Part shown: positions 15,405-23,838 of the stretch, in pieces
Layout: each line of letters opens with the position of its first letter
Position numbering within the stretch: the stretch's first letter is position 1
From: Bacteroidota bacterium
GTDB taxonomy: Bacteria; Bacteroidota; Bacteroidia; NS11-12g; UBA955
Assembly: GCA_041170685.1 (NCBI GenBank)
Contig: JBEDNI010000001.1
Coordinates: 1-32,544, forward strand
Direction: 5' to 3'
Length of the DNA: 32,544 nucleotides
Made by a program: the position numbers and the translations under genes
Notes under the pieces: generated by a model
Databases searched by the model: none
Told to the model about the DNA's origin: nothing
The model's input: the letters and a program-made list of their open reading frames with translations, nothing else

Positions 15405-17327
15405 TCACAACCTTTCCAGGATTTCTTTGGCTTTGCGATTATTGGGCTGTATTCTCAACGCTTCCTTCAGCTGGAATCTTGCCTGAGAATTATCGCCAAG
15501 GGAAAGGTAGATTTCTGCCAGGTACAGTCTTGCATTCTCGTTATCAGGGAAAAGCGATACCATTTTCTTCAAATGCCCCAGTGCCTTTCCGCTATTCCCG
15601 TTCAGCCATTCAGCCACCCCTAAATTTAGTAACGTGAGTTCGTGTTTGCCTTGCTGTTTCAGGGTTTTTGAAAGCACTTCCACGGCCTCAGTATAACGTT
15701 TGGTTCGTATGAAAGCATTTCCTAATTCAGCTGCAAAATCAGCTTGCAGTGGCATTTTTTCCACTGCTATCCGTAACCATTCCACAGCGTTTTCGGTCTT
15801 GTCTGTTTTATCAAACGCCTTGCCAATGCGGTATGCTGTCCATGCCGAAATACCTTCTTTATTCATTTTGTCAGACAAAGCGACCATCTTTTCCCATTGG
15901 CCATGGGCATAGTAATAGTGTATTTCCTGTTCCTGTGTGCCTTTGTTAAGTAATGTCCGTGCATTATTCAGATACACCGGATTGGCATCAAATTTTTCAA
16001 ACCATGTGAGGTAGGCCTGAAGTTGCATGCCCGGTTTAGGTGTCGGCTGATTTACCGCATACAAACCCACCGGGTTGCCAAGAGCCAAAGGTTTTGTTGT
16101 ACCCATCGGTTTGCGTATGTAATGATCGTGTACCGTGACATGAGGGATATCCGCGGTGCCACTTTTGGGCATATGACATCCCACACAGTTGTTTTTTAGC
16201 TTTAGCAATTCCGCTTTGGGGGCTTTGCAATGCTTGCTGGATGCATTTCCACCATTGCTGTGGCAATTGTTGCAGGCCTTATTAAATAGGTCAGTATTGG
16301 TTTTTCTCACGCTCACATGGGGATTGTGACAGGTAATGCAGGTAAGGTTTAGTTTGTTTGAGGCCTTGTTTGAAACCTGGAAACACTGGCTCATTTGTAG
16401 TCTTTCAGCGTGACCGGCCATGTAGAACGCTTTCCCTCCTTCATGCATGGGCATGTAAATTTCAAATACGCTATCTAGATGCATGCCCGGCCTGAAATCG
16501 GTAAATTTCTTTCCGGGTTTTAATACATTGTTTCCCTGAAGATGGCAACGCTGGCAGATATCTACCTGCAGTTTCCAAGGCAACCGGGCGGGATTCACAA
16601 TGGTTCGGTCAGCGGTTGTGGTAACATCCACAATTTTGCCCATGCGTTTTTCTGCGACATGCAATTCTCCCGGACCATGACATCGCTCACAATCAATGCC
16701 GGCAGGCATTCTGGTGAATTTATTGATGCTGCCGTCTTCCACTTTGGGCATTCCATTGTGACAGCTCATACATTCCACATCAATTTTGCGCGAAAAACCT
16801 GTATTGGTGGTTTCATAGCCCGGGGGTAAGTCCCATTTACCGGACTGGGTATAGAAGGTGAGTGGTGCCTGATACCAGTATTCTCCGTCTTGCCAAAAAT
16901 GGCTGTTAGTATGGTGCCCGCTGCCCACAATGTGGGTGATTTGCTCAGTTCGGCTGTGTGTGGTGTCGCCATTTTTTAACCGGTATTCCTTGATGAAATA
17001 CTTACCATCTGCACTAAATGGCAGGTAATACATGTCTTTTTTGGAATCGTAAACGGATTTCACATTATTCCATACGGCTTTTGTTTTGGTAGATGTTGCT
17101 ATTCCAAAACTACTTCCCATTCCGGTTTCGATGAAAGTGTGGTAGTGGTCAGCATGGCATTGTTTGCAGGTTTCAATTCCCACATAGTCCACAGTATCTT
17201 GTAAATTCAAGAAAAATGTCGTATCTTTATCTTGTATATCGGCCCCACCGCATTTGCTAAATGTGAGGGTGATGGTAAATCCACTCAGGCCAAGCCAGAT
17301 AAGGGGAATCAATTTTCTGCCGACCAC
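15405..17327 (-). CDS. Heptaheme c-type cytochrome fused to C-terminal TPR repeats, probably a lipoprotein
   Basis: GTG start with signal ...FTITLTFSK|C. There are seven CxxCH motifs: CKQCH, CMSCH, CERCH, CQRCH, CITCH, CNNCH and CVGCH (residues 54-385, nt 16173-17168). Residues ~465-640 form TPR-like helical repeats (...AVEWLRIAVEKMP...YTEAVEVLSKTLKQ...ALGHLKKMVSLFPDNENARLYLAEIYLSLGDNSQA). Confidence 0.85.
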   Translation of the reverse strand: MVGRKLIPLIWLGLSGFTITLTFSKCGGADIQDKDTTFFLNLQDTVDYVGIETCKQCHADHYHTFIETGMGSSFGIATSTKTKAVWNNVKSVYDSKKDMYYLPFSADGKYFIKEYRLKNGDTTHSRTEQITHIVGSGHHTNSHFWQDGEYWYQAPLTFYTQSGKWDLPPGYETTNTGFSRKIDVECMSCHNGMPKVEDGSINKFTRMPAGIDCERCHGPGELHVAEKRMGKIVDVTTTADRTIVNPARLPWKLQVDICQRCHLQGNNVLKPGKKFTDFRPGMHLDSVFEIYMPMHEGGKAFYMAGHAERLQMSQCFQVSNKASNKLNLTCITCHNPHVSVRKTNTDLFNKACNNCHSNGGNASSKHCKAPKAELLKLKNNCVGCHMPKSGTADIPHVTVHDHYIRKPMGTTKPLALGNPVGLYAVNQPTPKPGMQLQAYLTWFEKFDANPVYLNNARTLLNKGTQEQEIHYYYAHGQWEKMVALSDKMNKEGISAWTAYRIGKAFDKTDKTENAVEWLRIAVEKMPLQADFAAELGNAFIRTKRYTEAVEVLSKTLKQQGKHELTLLNLGVAEWLNGNSGKALGHLKKMVSLFPDNENARLYLAEIYLSLGDNSQARFQLKEALRIQPNNRKAKEILERL

Positions 17328-17342
17328 TTTTTCAGGATAAAA

Positions 17343-18104
17343 TTAACGGGGAATACCGGGTGGTTTGGTTTTGAGGGAAATCCATTTTTCAGGTTTCACC
17401 TGACCATCAGGCTGCAATCGGAAATCGGGCAATAGCACCTCTTTCTTTGCATTGATGTAGGGAATCAGACTGCAAAAAAATTGAGGTGCGTTAATATCAT
17501 TGCGATTTTTTGGGTTCCACAATCCCGTAAAAATAACTGAGGGTTCTTGCAAAAGCACATTTTTGGGTATCGAAACAATGGTATTGCTAATGGGGTGATA
17601 CAGAAACATGATTTTGAAAACCCCTTCGGCGGTGCCTGCAAATTTCCCGGTAGTATCTTCCGTAAGGTTGTAATTTCCTTCCACAAAGTGAATTTCCCAT
17701 CCCTGTTCTACCATGGAATCCATGTGTTGCATGGCCTGTGGTGTAGTATAAAAGGTATCGACACATTCCTCCATTTGGATCCTGACAATGCTGATAATCT
17801 TGGGTTTTATCAGGAATCGATTTTCGATACCATAGTGCCAGCTTTTGCCTTGCAGCAAATGGTGTTGGATATTACCACCGGTTTTGGCCCCGGAAATAAT
17901 ATATTTAACCATACCGCACTGCGTATCCGCGCCGAAACCTCCATAGAAGGTATCGGCAAGCCGCAAATAAATATCTTTGAAATTGGCAGCTCCTACTACG
18001 CCGGGATGATTCTTTTCCTTTTTGTAATATATGGAATCATGGCTATGCTGAGCCCATAGCCATAATGGAATAAAAAAAAGTAATATGGCAAAGGATCTTG
18101 ACAT
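17343..18104 (-). CDS. Secreted hypothetical protein with no recognisable domain
   Basis: I prefer the ATG at 18104 over the track's TTG at 18107. Signal peptide MSRSFAILLFFIPLWLWA|Q. Its start overlaps the rhodanese stop (TGATG), and it ends 15 nt before the cytochrome start. Confidence 0.7.
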   Translation of the reverse strand: MSRSFAILLFFIPLWLWAQHSHDSIYYKKEKNHPGVVGAANFKDIYLRLADTFYGGFGADTQCGMVKYIISGAKTGGNIQHHLLQGKSWHYGIENRFLIKPKIISIVRIQMEECVDTFYTTPQAMQHMDSMVEQGWEIHFVEGNYNLTEDTTGKFAGTAEGVFKIMFLYHPISNTIVSIPKNVLLQEPSVIFTGLWNPKNRNDINAPQFFCSLIPYINAKKEVLLPDFRLQPDGQVKPEKWISLKTKPPGIPR

Positions 18105-18409
18105 CAAGCCCCAAATTGTCTTTGCCAGTCTAGCATGCCCCCCAAAAGATTGCGCACTTTAGTAAAACCCTGAGATTCAAGAAATGCTTTGGCGGTAGCA
18201 CTGCGAGCACCACTGCGGCAATGCACCACAATTTCTTCAGGTTTATGGTCTTCCAGATCATCGGTTTTGCCGGGTAATTCGGCCAAGGGTATCAGCGTTG
18301 CACCAATGTTGAATTCTTCGTATTCCCAGGTCTCTCGTACATCGATTATCATGGGTGCAGTGCCATTATCAATTCTGGTTTTTAATTCTATTGCTGTAAT
18401 ATCTTCCAT
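18104..18409 (-). CDS. Single-domain rhodanese-like sulfurtransferase, cytoplasmic (no signal peptide)
   Basis: 101 aa with the active-site loop VVHCRSGARSATA. The overall pattern (IDVRE..E...G.I.GA..IP) is that of the rhodanese homology domain. Confidence 0.9.
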   Translation of the reverse strand: MEDITAIELKTRIDNGTAPMIIDVRETWEYEEFNIGATLIPLAELPGKTDDLEDHKPEEIVVHCRSGARSATAKAFLESQGFTKVRNLLGGMLDWQRQFGA

Positions 18410-18410
18410 A

Positions 18411-20330
18411 TCAAAGGTTTTTTATCAGTTTCCGGCTGCTGGTTCTTCCATAACTATCCGTGCATAGAACAACATACATCCCTTCTTTCAACTGCTCTAT
18501 GTTGATTTCTGCATTTGGATGGTTTATTTCCATTACTTTTTGTCCGTTTAAAGCCAGTATGACAATTTTCGTCAAATCATTCAATCCCTCAATTCTCACA
18601 GATCTTTCTGCAGGGTTGGGCACGATGGTGAAATCGGGTTTAGAAATGGTCTTTACAGACATTCTGTGGTCCATGGCAGAGCCCATTAGGGGTCTTAGCA
18701 TAGGCACACCTTTCACTGATGCATCTACGCTTTCCCACTGACCCAGGAGGTTGTAAAACAGATTGGGATTTTTTACGTTTTGTCGCTGGTATCTGTAATT
18801 ATTGTCGTAGCCCACATTAAGCACAAATTTCTGGAATTGAATCCAGCCAATGTAGTAACTGCCTTTATCCAGCAGCAACGAGGTGTCGAAGTAGAAATAG
18901 TGAAAACCGTTGTGTGTGTCTTTGTATGCAGGAAGCTCAAAAGGCGCTTCATAGATAAGCTCATCTTGATTGTCTGCAGCACCTATGGCTGATAATTTTC
19001 GCCACACACGAAACTTGAATTTTCGGTTGCTGACATCTTCTACGCTTTGGTTAAACATGACCGAAAGTCCGCGGAAGGTGTCTTTTTTTAACAAGTCGAA
19101 TTTCATGGCAAACTGTCCTTTGATGTCGGGCAAAAACTCATAATTCAGACCAAAACCTCCTTCAGCTGTTCCATCATCCCAGGCGTACCATGGAGAAAAC
19201 TCCTGACGGCTGAGGAAAAGATTGTTATTGCCTGCCGCATTGTAATTATCGGGTGTGATATCATCGCTTTGGGGGGCAATTTTATAGGTGATTTTAAGGT
19301 ATGGATTTTCGCCGGATAGGGTATCCATTTTTACCTGTCCAAAGTTTTCACCGTCTACACCGGGAGCAATGTTTTTACTGCTCAAGTTGAACGGCCTGAA
19401 CAAAACCAGCGAATCATATCGGTTGCGTATTTCCAGCTGAAAGCGGGTTTGCACGGTTACACTGTTATTAAGATTACGGACAGTTACACTGTGGCCGGGC
19501 AGGGTTTGATCCGTGAAGTTGTCCATAAAATGCCGATAGGGCATGGTAAAGTAATCCTTCAACAGGGAAGGAGATGCGAATTGAATAGTCACATCGCGGA
19601 TAGCACTATCTGCCATGCTTCTGTTTCGGTCCATACGCACATAGTCAATATGCCAGTGATTAAGGTTGCCGGTTGCCTTGGTGTAGTTTACCCAACGAAA
19701 CTGAAATGTTCCATGAAGAAATTCAGTCTGATAGGCCGGCACTATCACCTGTTTAAATGCAGACATGTTCTGTCCGGTTTGATTCCATACACGCTTCCAT
19801 TCACCGGTTTTGGTTTTGAAAAAAAGTATGAGCGAATCTTCAGCTTCAGGAATGTCACCCAGTCCGGCTGTCTGATAGAAGAAACTGAGGAATACGCTGT
19901 CTGCCGGGGTGTAATTCTTGGTGGTAACCGTGCCTGTTTTGTAAAACTGCAGGTTTATCGGCTGACTTGTAAGACTGTCGGCATAAACGTATTCGTTTTT
20001 ATTGAGCAGGTTTTTCCATGGTTTTCCTGCCGGGTTGAGGTGATCGAAGGTAGCTACATTGTAATCCGGCTGATTTATGGGAAAGTTGTTGTTTACCCAA
20101 ACCTGATTATCTGCCCACCGGCTGTAGGACGGATAACCTTTATCCACCGTAAAATTGTCGAAAAAAGGCAAGTCCAGTGTATCTGTAATTTTACTGTAAT
20201 GCAAATCGGCAGACGGCATGGATGTTTGTCTTAACGCAAGATGTAATGGAGATAACTGAATACCTTGTCCTTGCAACATTATATTGCAGTTAAACAATAG
20301 CATCATGGCTGGGACAATGTGTTTTTTCAT
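18411..20330 (-). CDS. T9SS type A sorting-domain-containing secreted protein
   Basis: I prefer the start at ATG 20330 (MKKHIVPAMMLLFNCNIMLQG), because the upstream ATG at 20381 lies inside a predicted -7 promoter box. The C-terminal 73 aa (nt 18414-18632), FTIVPNPAERSVRIEGL...GMYVVLCTDSYGRTSSRKLIKNL, form a type A CTD. The N-terminal LPFFDNFT...W pattern resembles choice-of-anchor/MAM-like cargo. Confidence 0.8.
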   Translation of the reverse strand: MKKHIVPAMMLLFNCNIMLQGQGIQLSPLHLALRQTSMPSADLHYSKITDTLDLPFFDNFTVDKGYPSYSRWADNQVWVNNNFPINQPDYNVATFDHLNPAGKPWKNLLNKNEYVYADSLTSQPINLQFYKTGTVTTKNYTPADSVFLSFFYQTAGLGDIPEAEDSLILFFKTKTGEWKRVWNQTGQNMSAFKQVIVPAYQTEFLHGTFQFRWVNYTKATGNLNHWHIDYVRMDRNRSMADSAIRDVTIQFASPSLLKDYFTMPYRHFMDNFTDQTLPGHSVTVRNLNNSVTVQTRFQLEIRNRYDSLVLFRPFNLSSKNIAPGVDGENFGQVKMDTLSGENPYLKITYKIAPQSDDITPDNYNAAGNNNLFLSRQEFSPWYAWDDGTAEGGFGLNYEFLPDIKGQFAMKFDLLKKDTFRGLSVMFNQSVEDVSNRKFKFRVWRKLSAIGAADNQDELIYEAPFELPAYKDTHNGFHYFYFDTSLLLDKGSYYIGWIQFQKFVLNVGYDNNYRYQRQNVKNPNLFYNLLGQWESVDASVKGVPMLRPLMGSAMDHRMSVKTISKPDFTIVPNPAERSVRIEGLNDLTKIVILALNGQKVMEINHPNAEINIEQLKEGMYVVLCTDSYGRTSSRKLIKNL

Positions 20331-20378
20331 CAATTTATCACCCAAATTAACAGGTATTATAGTCCTGTTATTGTAATG

Positions 20379-20386
20379 CAAAGGTA
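20379..20386 (-). promoter_or_regulatory. Putative -7 box (TACCTTTG) upstream of the T9SS-cargo/rhodanese/cytochrome operon
   Basis: Exact TAnnTTTG match on the minus strand, in the 60-nt gap between the PASTA gene stop (20391) and ATG 20330. I saw no clear -33 TTG. Confidence 0.3.
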
Positions 20387-20390
20387 AAAA

Positions 20391-21026
20391 TCAAAGGTCT
20401 CTTTTCCGCTTTTTTCTTTTGGGCGGATCTTCTTCGGTAGCAGGCACTTCTGCGTCATCGGAATCCACGGCAGTGCTGTCGTTGTTTTCAGCTGCGTCAG
20501 ATTGGTTTTTCACTACCACCAAATCAATTCGTGTGCCCTTTGTAATCATTTTGCCGGCCGGTACTTCCATGCCGTTAATCTGTTGTTTTGTAACCAGGTT
20601 ATTGCCAATTTCATCATACACATATTCAATATTACCCAGTTCTAAACCATTGTTTTTGATGAGTACTTTGGCCAGTGTCAGACTTTGATCAACCAGCATG
20701 GGCATTTTTACTTTGGGCTTGTCTAGCGCATTCACCACCAGATAAATAATGCGGTTGGGCTTTACATCACTGCCGGCCGAAGGATCTTGTTCAGTTACTG
20801 CGTCTCTTTTATAGTTTTCAAGGTACACAGAATCGATTATTTCAAAACGCAACCCCTCGTCATCCAGTTTTTCCGTAGCTTCCTGTAGGTTCATGCCCAC
20901 CAGGCTGGGCACCTTTACGGCTACATTATGGTTGGTAAACCAGTTCATCCATAAAAAAAGCAGAAGGATGAAAACACCAGTTGCTACGATTCCCAATCCG
21001 ATATTGAAAAACAAGTTCTTATTCAT
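20391..21026 (-). CDS. PASTA domain-containing membrane protein
   Basis: It has an N-terminal TM helix (IGLGIVATGVFILLLFLW) and two PASTA-like repeats (VPSLVGMNLQEATEKLDDEGL...; MPMLVDQSLTLAKVLIKNNGL...). The tail is charged (PPKRKKRKRDL). It overlaps the 3' end of ddl by 8 nt. Confidence 0.8.
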   Translation of the reverse strand: MNKNLFFNIGLGIVATGVFILLLFLWMNWFTNHNVAVKVPSLVGMNLQEATEKLDDEGLRFEIIDSVYLENYKRDAVTEQDPSAGSDVKPNRIIYLVVNALDKPKVKMPMLVDQSLTLAKVLIKNNGLELGNIEYVYDEIGNNLVTKQQINGMEVPAGKMITKGTRIDLVVVKNQSDAAENNDSTAVDSDDAEVPATEEDPPKRKKRKRDL

Positions 21027-23718
21027 GTTTCGATGTTAACGAATCCTTGCCGTATTTCAATATGTTTCTGATAAAATCAAAAGGTTTGTATCCATTGATT
21101 GCAGCCTGGTGGTAGATACAAGTTGCCGGGGTCATTCCGGGCAGGCTGTTTACTTCAATAATCCAGGTTTCTATGTTGCCGTCAGCCATGATTTTGACAA
21201 AAGCATCAATCCGGCAGTAGCCGGTAACCTGCAAACAGCGTGCAACTGCCTCCAATGTTTTTCTTACTTCTTGGCTAATTCGCGCCTGTTCAACTGCATC
21301 CCTGCTAAATCTCGATGGGGTTAGATTCTGCCCTTGCCCGGCAAGAAACTTTTCTTCCAGACTGAGAATTTCACTTTCTGCCAATGCTTCGCTGGGTTCA
21401 AAAACCTCATAACGAATGCTGCCATCTTCCATGCTGTGGGTGAGCATTCCACCTGTAATTTCCAGGAATCTGGCGGCGTTGCCTTTTTCTATGAACTTTT
21501 CAATGAGTAATTCCTGCTTCATTGGGAATTCTTCATTGGGGGTTAATCCCAATTTTTGCCTGATTTCGCTATCGTTGTATCCTGAATCGCGAAAAATTCC
21601 GGCAATGAAATGATGAAGTTCATCTGCTGTTTTTACCTTTCTTACGGCGGCACTGCATCCGTCATCGGCAGGCTTCGCAATCAGGGGCAGGCCAAAGCGA
21701 TTTATTATGTTTTGTTCTTGTTCAGTAGCATTGGCAAGCCATTCCTGTTTCGTCAGCATTTGGTGATCGGCTACCAGAAATCCATTTTCACGCAGTTTTT
21801 GGTTGGTGATGAATTTATTGATGGTAATGGCCGCACTATGTTGTCTGCTACCGTTGTAAAACAAGCCGTATTTTTCAAGTTCCTGCTGCAACGTTCCGTC
21901 TTCGCCGGGTCTTCCATGCAGAGCAATAAATACACCCGAAACCATTTCAGCCAGTTCCGCAAATGAAATTTCCTTTGGCACTGTAATCATACCGCTGGGA
22001 TTATAACGTTGCGTTATATGCTCAGCTTCAGCTGCAATGCTGTTCAGCACAGGGTTATGGTCGAAATGCAGTACCTTTTCTCTGATATCGTCTGCATTGT
22101 CTTTTAACATGATATTAAGCGGAAGCTGAAATAACCTTATGTTTTCGGCACTGCCCGTAAGAAACACAGGTATGGGCTCATATTCAGCACTGCTGCTGAG
22201 TTTTTCGTAAATATTACGACCACTTTCCATGCTGATGTGACGTTCATAGCTGTAACCACCCATGATAACGGCAATTTTCTGTTGTGTAGTTTGCCCTGAA
22301 GCCAACGCATCTATTTTGCTGTCTAATGATTTCAGCGTGTTATTAAGCCATTGTGCCCTAGGCTGGGTTTCAATGCGCTCTGCCACAGAATTGCGTATGA
22401 TGAAGGTTAAAAACCGTGCAGGATTTAGCCCGATTTCGGCAGCCTGATGAAAAAAGAAACTGCTGGGCATCATCCCGCTGGTGGTGTTTGGGTCGTTCAG
22501 AAAAACCTCGTTGTCATCTGAAACGAATCCATCAATACGGGCATACACATTAAAACCAAAAAAGTCATACAAAGCAGTACATGCTGTTCTAATCTCTTCC
22601 AGCAATTCAGCCGATCCGGGCATGGGCGTAATCTTGTGGCTCAACCCCGGCAGGTATTTGCTTCTGTAGTCAAAAAAGTCTGTTTTTTTTCTTATTTCTG
22701 TAGGCGGCAGGGCAATAGGATTGCCGCTGTCATCTCGAACAACAATGCAACTGAATTCTCGGCCCTGAATAAATTCTTCAAATACAATTTCTGTTTCGGC
22801 ATCAGGCGACTCCAGCAAGGCAGTGCTGTCTTGCTGTGAAAGCAATACGTTCAGTCGATTCATCAAATCATCGGGCATAAAACACCATTCTCCATTCAGC
22901 AGCAATGGTAGCCCCAGTCCGCTGCGTATATCGGTAATTTCCTTGATGCGTTCAACCTGTTCTTCTTCCGATAAGGTTGACCATTCTTCATGATTCAACT
23001 GTATTTGGAAGAAAGCCAGATTTACAGCCTTTTCAAAAGTGGAGAAATCGGTATTTTTAAGAACACTCACACCCAGTGAACTGCCTTGATTGGCGGGTTT
23101 TACAACAAAATGTTCATTGAATTCGCGATTGTAAAAGAAAAAAAGGTTTCCTTTCTCTTGGTCATCAGCCTGAACCCAGGCATCGCGTTTTAGGGTCTGA
23201 TAATGGTTTACATATAACCCCGCCCTTTCCTGAAAATCTTTTTGTCGGGCTTTGTTCATGCCCAGTGCAGATGCGAAAATCCCGGAACCTGAATAGGGGA
23301 TATTGTGCCATTCGAGCAGTCCCTGAATGGTTCCGTCTTCGCCCAATGTGCCATGTAAGGCCAAAAATGCAAAATCAAAATGGTTTTTTAAATCATTAGC
23401 AGTGATGGGTGTACCCAAAGATGCCAGCATTTGCTGCTGTGTTTGTTCATCAGGATTGAGGCTTTCTGCGTAAACCTGAAAACCATTGGGCAAATCGGGT
23501 AGAAAAGATGCAGGCGGATAAAAATCACGTATACTTCCTTTGTAAACAAATTCCCAGTTCAGAATTACAAAATTGCCAAATGAATCCACAAAAATGGGAA
23601 CGGCCTCAAACAGGTTTTTATCCAGATTATCATACACGGTTCGGCCACCGGCAAAAGAAACTTCCCTCTCGCGTGAAGCGCCACCAAAGAAAATTCCAAC
23701 ACGGATTTTGGATGTCAT
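21019..23718 (-). CDS. ddl: D-alanine--D-alanine ligase family protein with two tandem complete Ddl (ATP-grasp) modules
   Basis: Module 1 (aa 1-~455) carries IRVGIFFGGASREREVS, FLALHGTLGEDGTIQGLLE, VVKPANQGSSLGVS, EEFIQGREF, FFDYRSKY and ARIDGF...NDPNTTSGM. Module 2 (aa ~481-899) carries KIAVIMGGYSYERHIS, FIALHGRPGEDGTLQQELE, IAKPADDGCSAAV, IEKFIEKG, LEEKF and CRIDAF...IIEVNSLPGMT. Confidence 0.85.
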   Translation of the reverse strand: MTSKIRVGIFFGGASREREVSFAGGRTVYDNLDKNLFEAVPIFVDSFGNFVILNWEFVYKGSIRDFYPPASFLPDLPNGFQVYAESLNPDEQTQQQMLASLGTPITANDLKNHFDFAFLALHGTLGEDGTIQGLLEWHNIPYSGSGIFASALGMNKARQKDFQERAGLYVNHYQTLKRDAWVQADDQEKGNLFFFYNREFNEHFVVKPANQGSSLGVSVLKNTDFSTFEKAVNLAFFQIQLNHEEWSTLSEEEQVERIKEITDIRSGLGLPLLLNGEWCFMPDDLMNRLNVLLSQQDSTALLESPDAETEIVFEEFIQGREFSCIVVRDDSGNPIALPPTEIRKKTDFFDYRSKYLPGLSHKITPMPGSAELLEEIRTACTALYDFFGFNVYARIDGFVSDDNEVFLNDPNTTSGMMPSSFFFHQAAEIGLNPARFLTFIIRNSVAERIETQPRAQWLNNTLKSLDSKIDALASGQTTQQKIAVIMGGYSYERHISMESGRNIYEKLSSSAEYEPIPVFLTGSAENIRLFQLPLNIMLKDNADDIREKVLHFDHNPVLNSIAAEAEHITQRYNPSGMITVPKEISFAELAEMVSGVFIALHGRPGEDGTLQQELEKYGLFYNGSRQHSAAITINKFITNQKLRENGFLVADHQMLTKQEWLANATEQEQNIINRFGLPLIAKPADDGCSAAVRKVKTADELHHFIAGIFRDSGYNDSEIRQKLGLTPNEEFPMKQELLIEKFIEKGNAARFLEITGGMLTHSMEDGSIRYEVFEPSEALAESEILSLEEKFLAGQGQNLTPSRFSRDAVEQARISQEVRKTLEAVARCLQVTGYCRIDAFVKIMADGNIETWIIEVNSLPGMTPATCIYHQAAINGYKPFDFIRNILKYGKDSLTSKHE

Positions 23719-23723
23719 TGTTG

Positions 23724-23731
23724 CAAATTTA
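23724..23731 (-). promoter_or_regulatory. Putative -7 box (TAAATTTG) upstream of ddl
   Basis: Exact TAnnTTTG match on the minus strand, ending 5 nt before ATG 23718. Confidence 0.3.
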
Positions 23732-23838
23732 TGCTATGCCTGCATGCTTTTGAGGTGATGTAATGCACATGCTGTGGATGAGTGCTGAAAACAGGGCGGT
23801 TTTTCCCTGTAAATGCGTAATTTCGCAGTCCTTTATTT

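Noticed and set aside
18105-18107. TTG at 18107 as the start of the 254-aa secreted protein
   Set aside because: The adjacent ATG at 18104 gives the same protein minus one residue and forms the common TGATG stop/start overlap with the rhodanese gene.
19449-20234. A 261-aa plus-strand ORF. Similar long antisense ORFs occur at 14714-15259 (181 aa), 17547-18059 (170 aa), 3748-4170 (140 aa), 10411-10833 (140 aa) and 1385-1783 (132 aa).
   Set aside because: Each lies entirely or mostly antisense to a CDS with strong family motifs or domain signatures. Their translations are low-complexity, Cys/Arg/Ile-rich and motif-free. They are shadow ORFs.
20331-20381. Upstream ATG at 20381 (MHYNNRTIIPVNLGDKL...) as the start of the T9SS type A cargo gene
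   Set aside because: The extension is not signal-peptide-like, whereas MKKHIVPAMMLLF from ATG 20330 is. The ATG at 20379-20381 also lies inside an exact TAnnTTTG promoter box.
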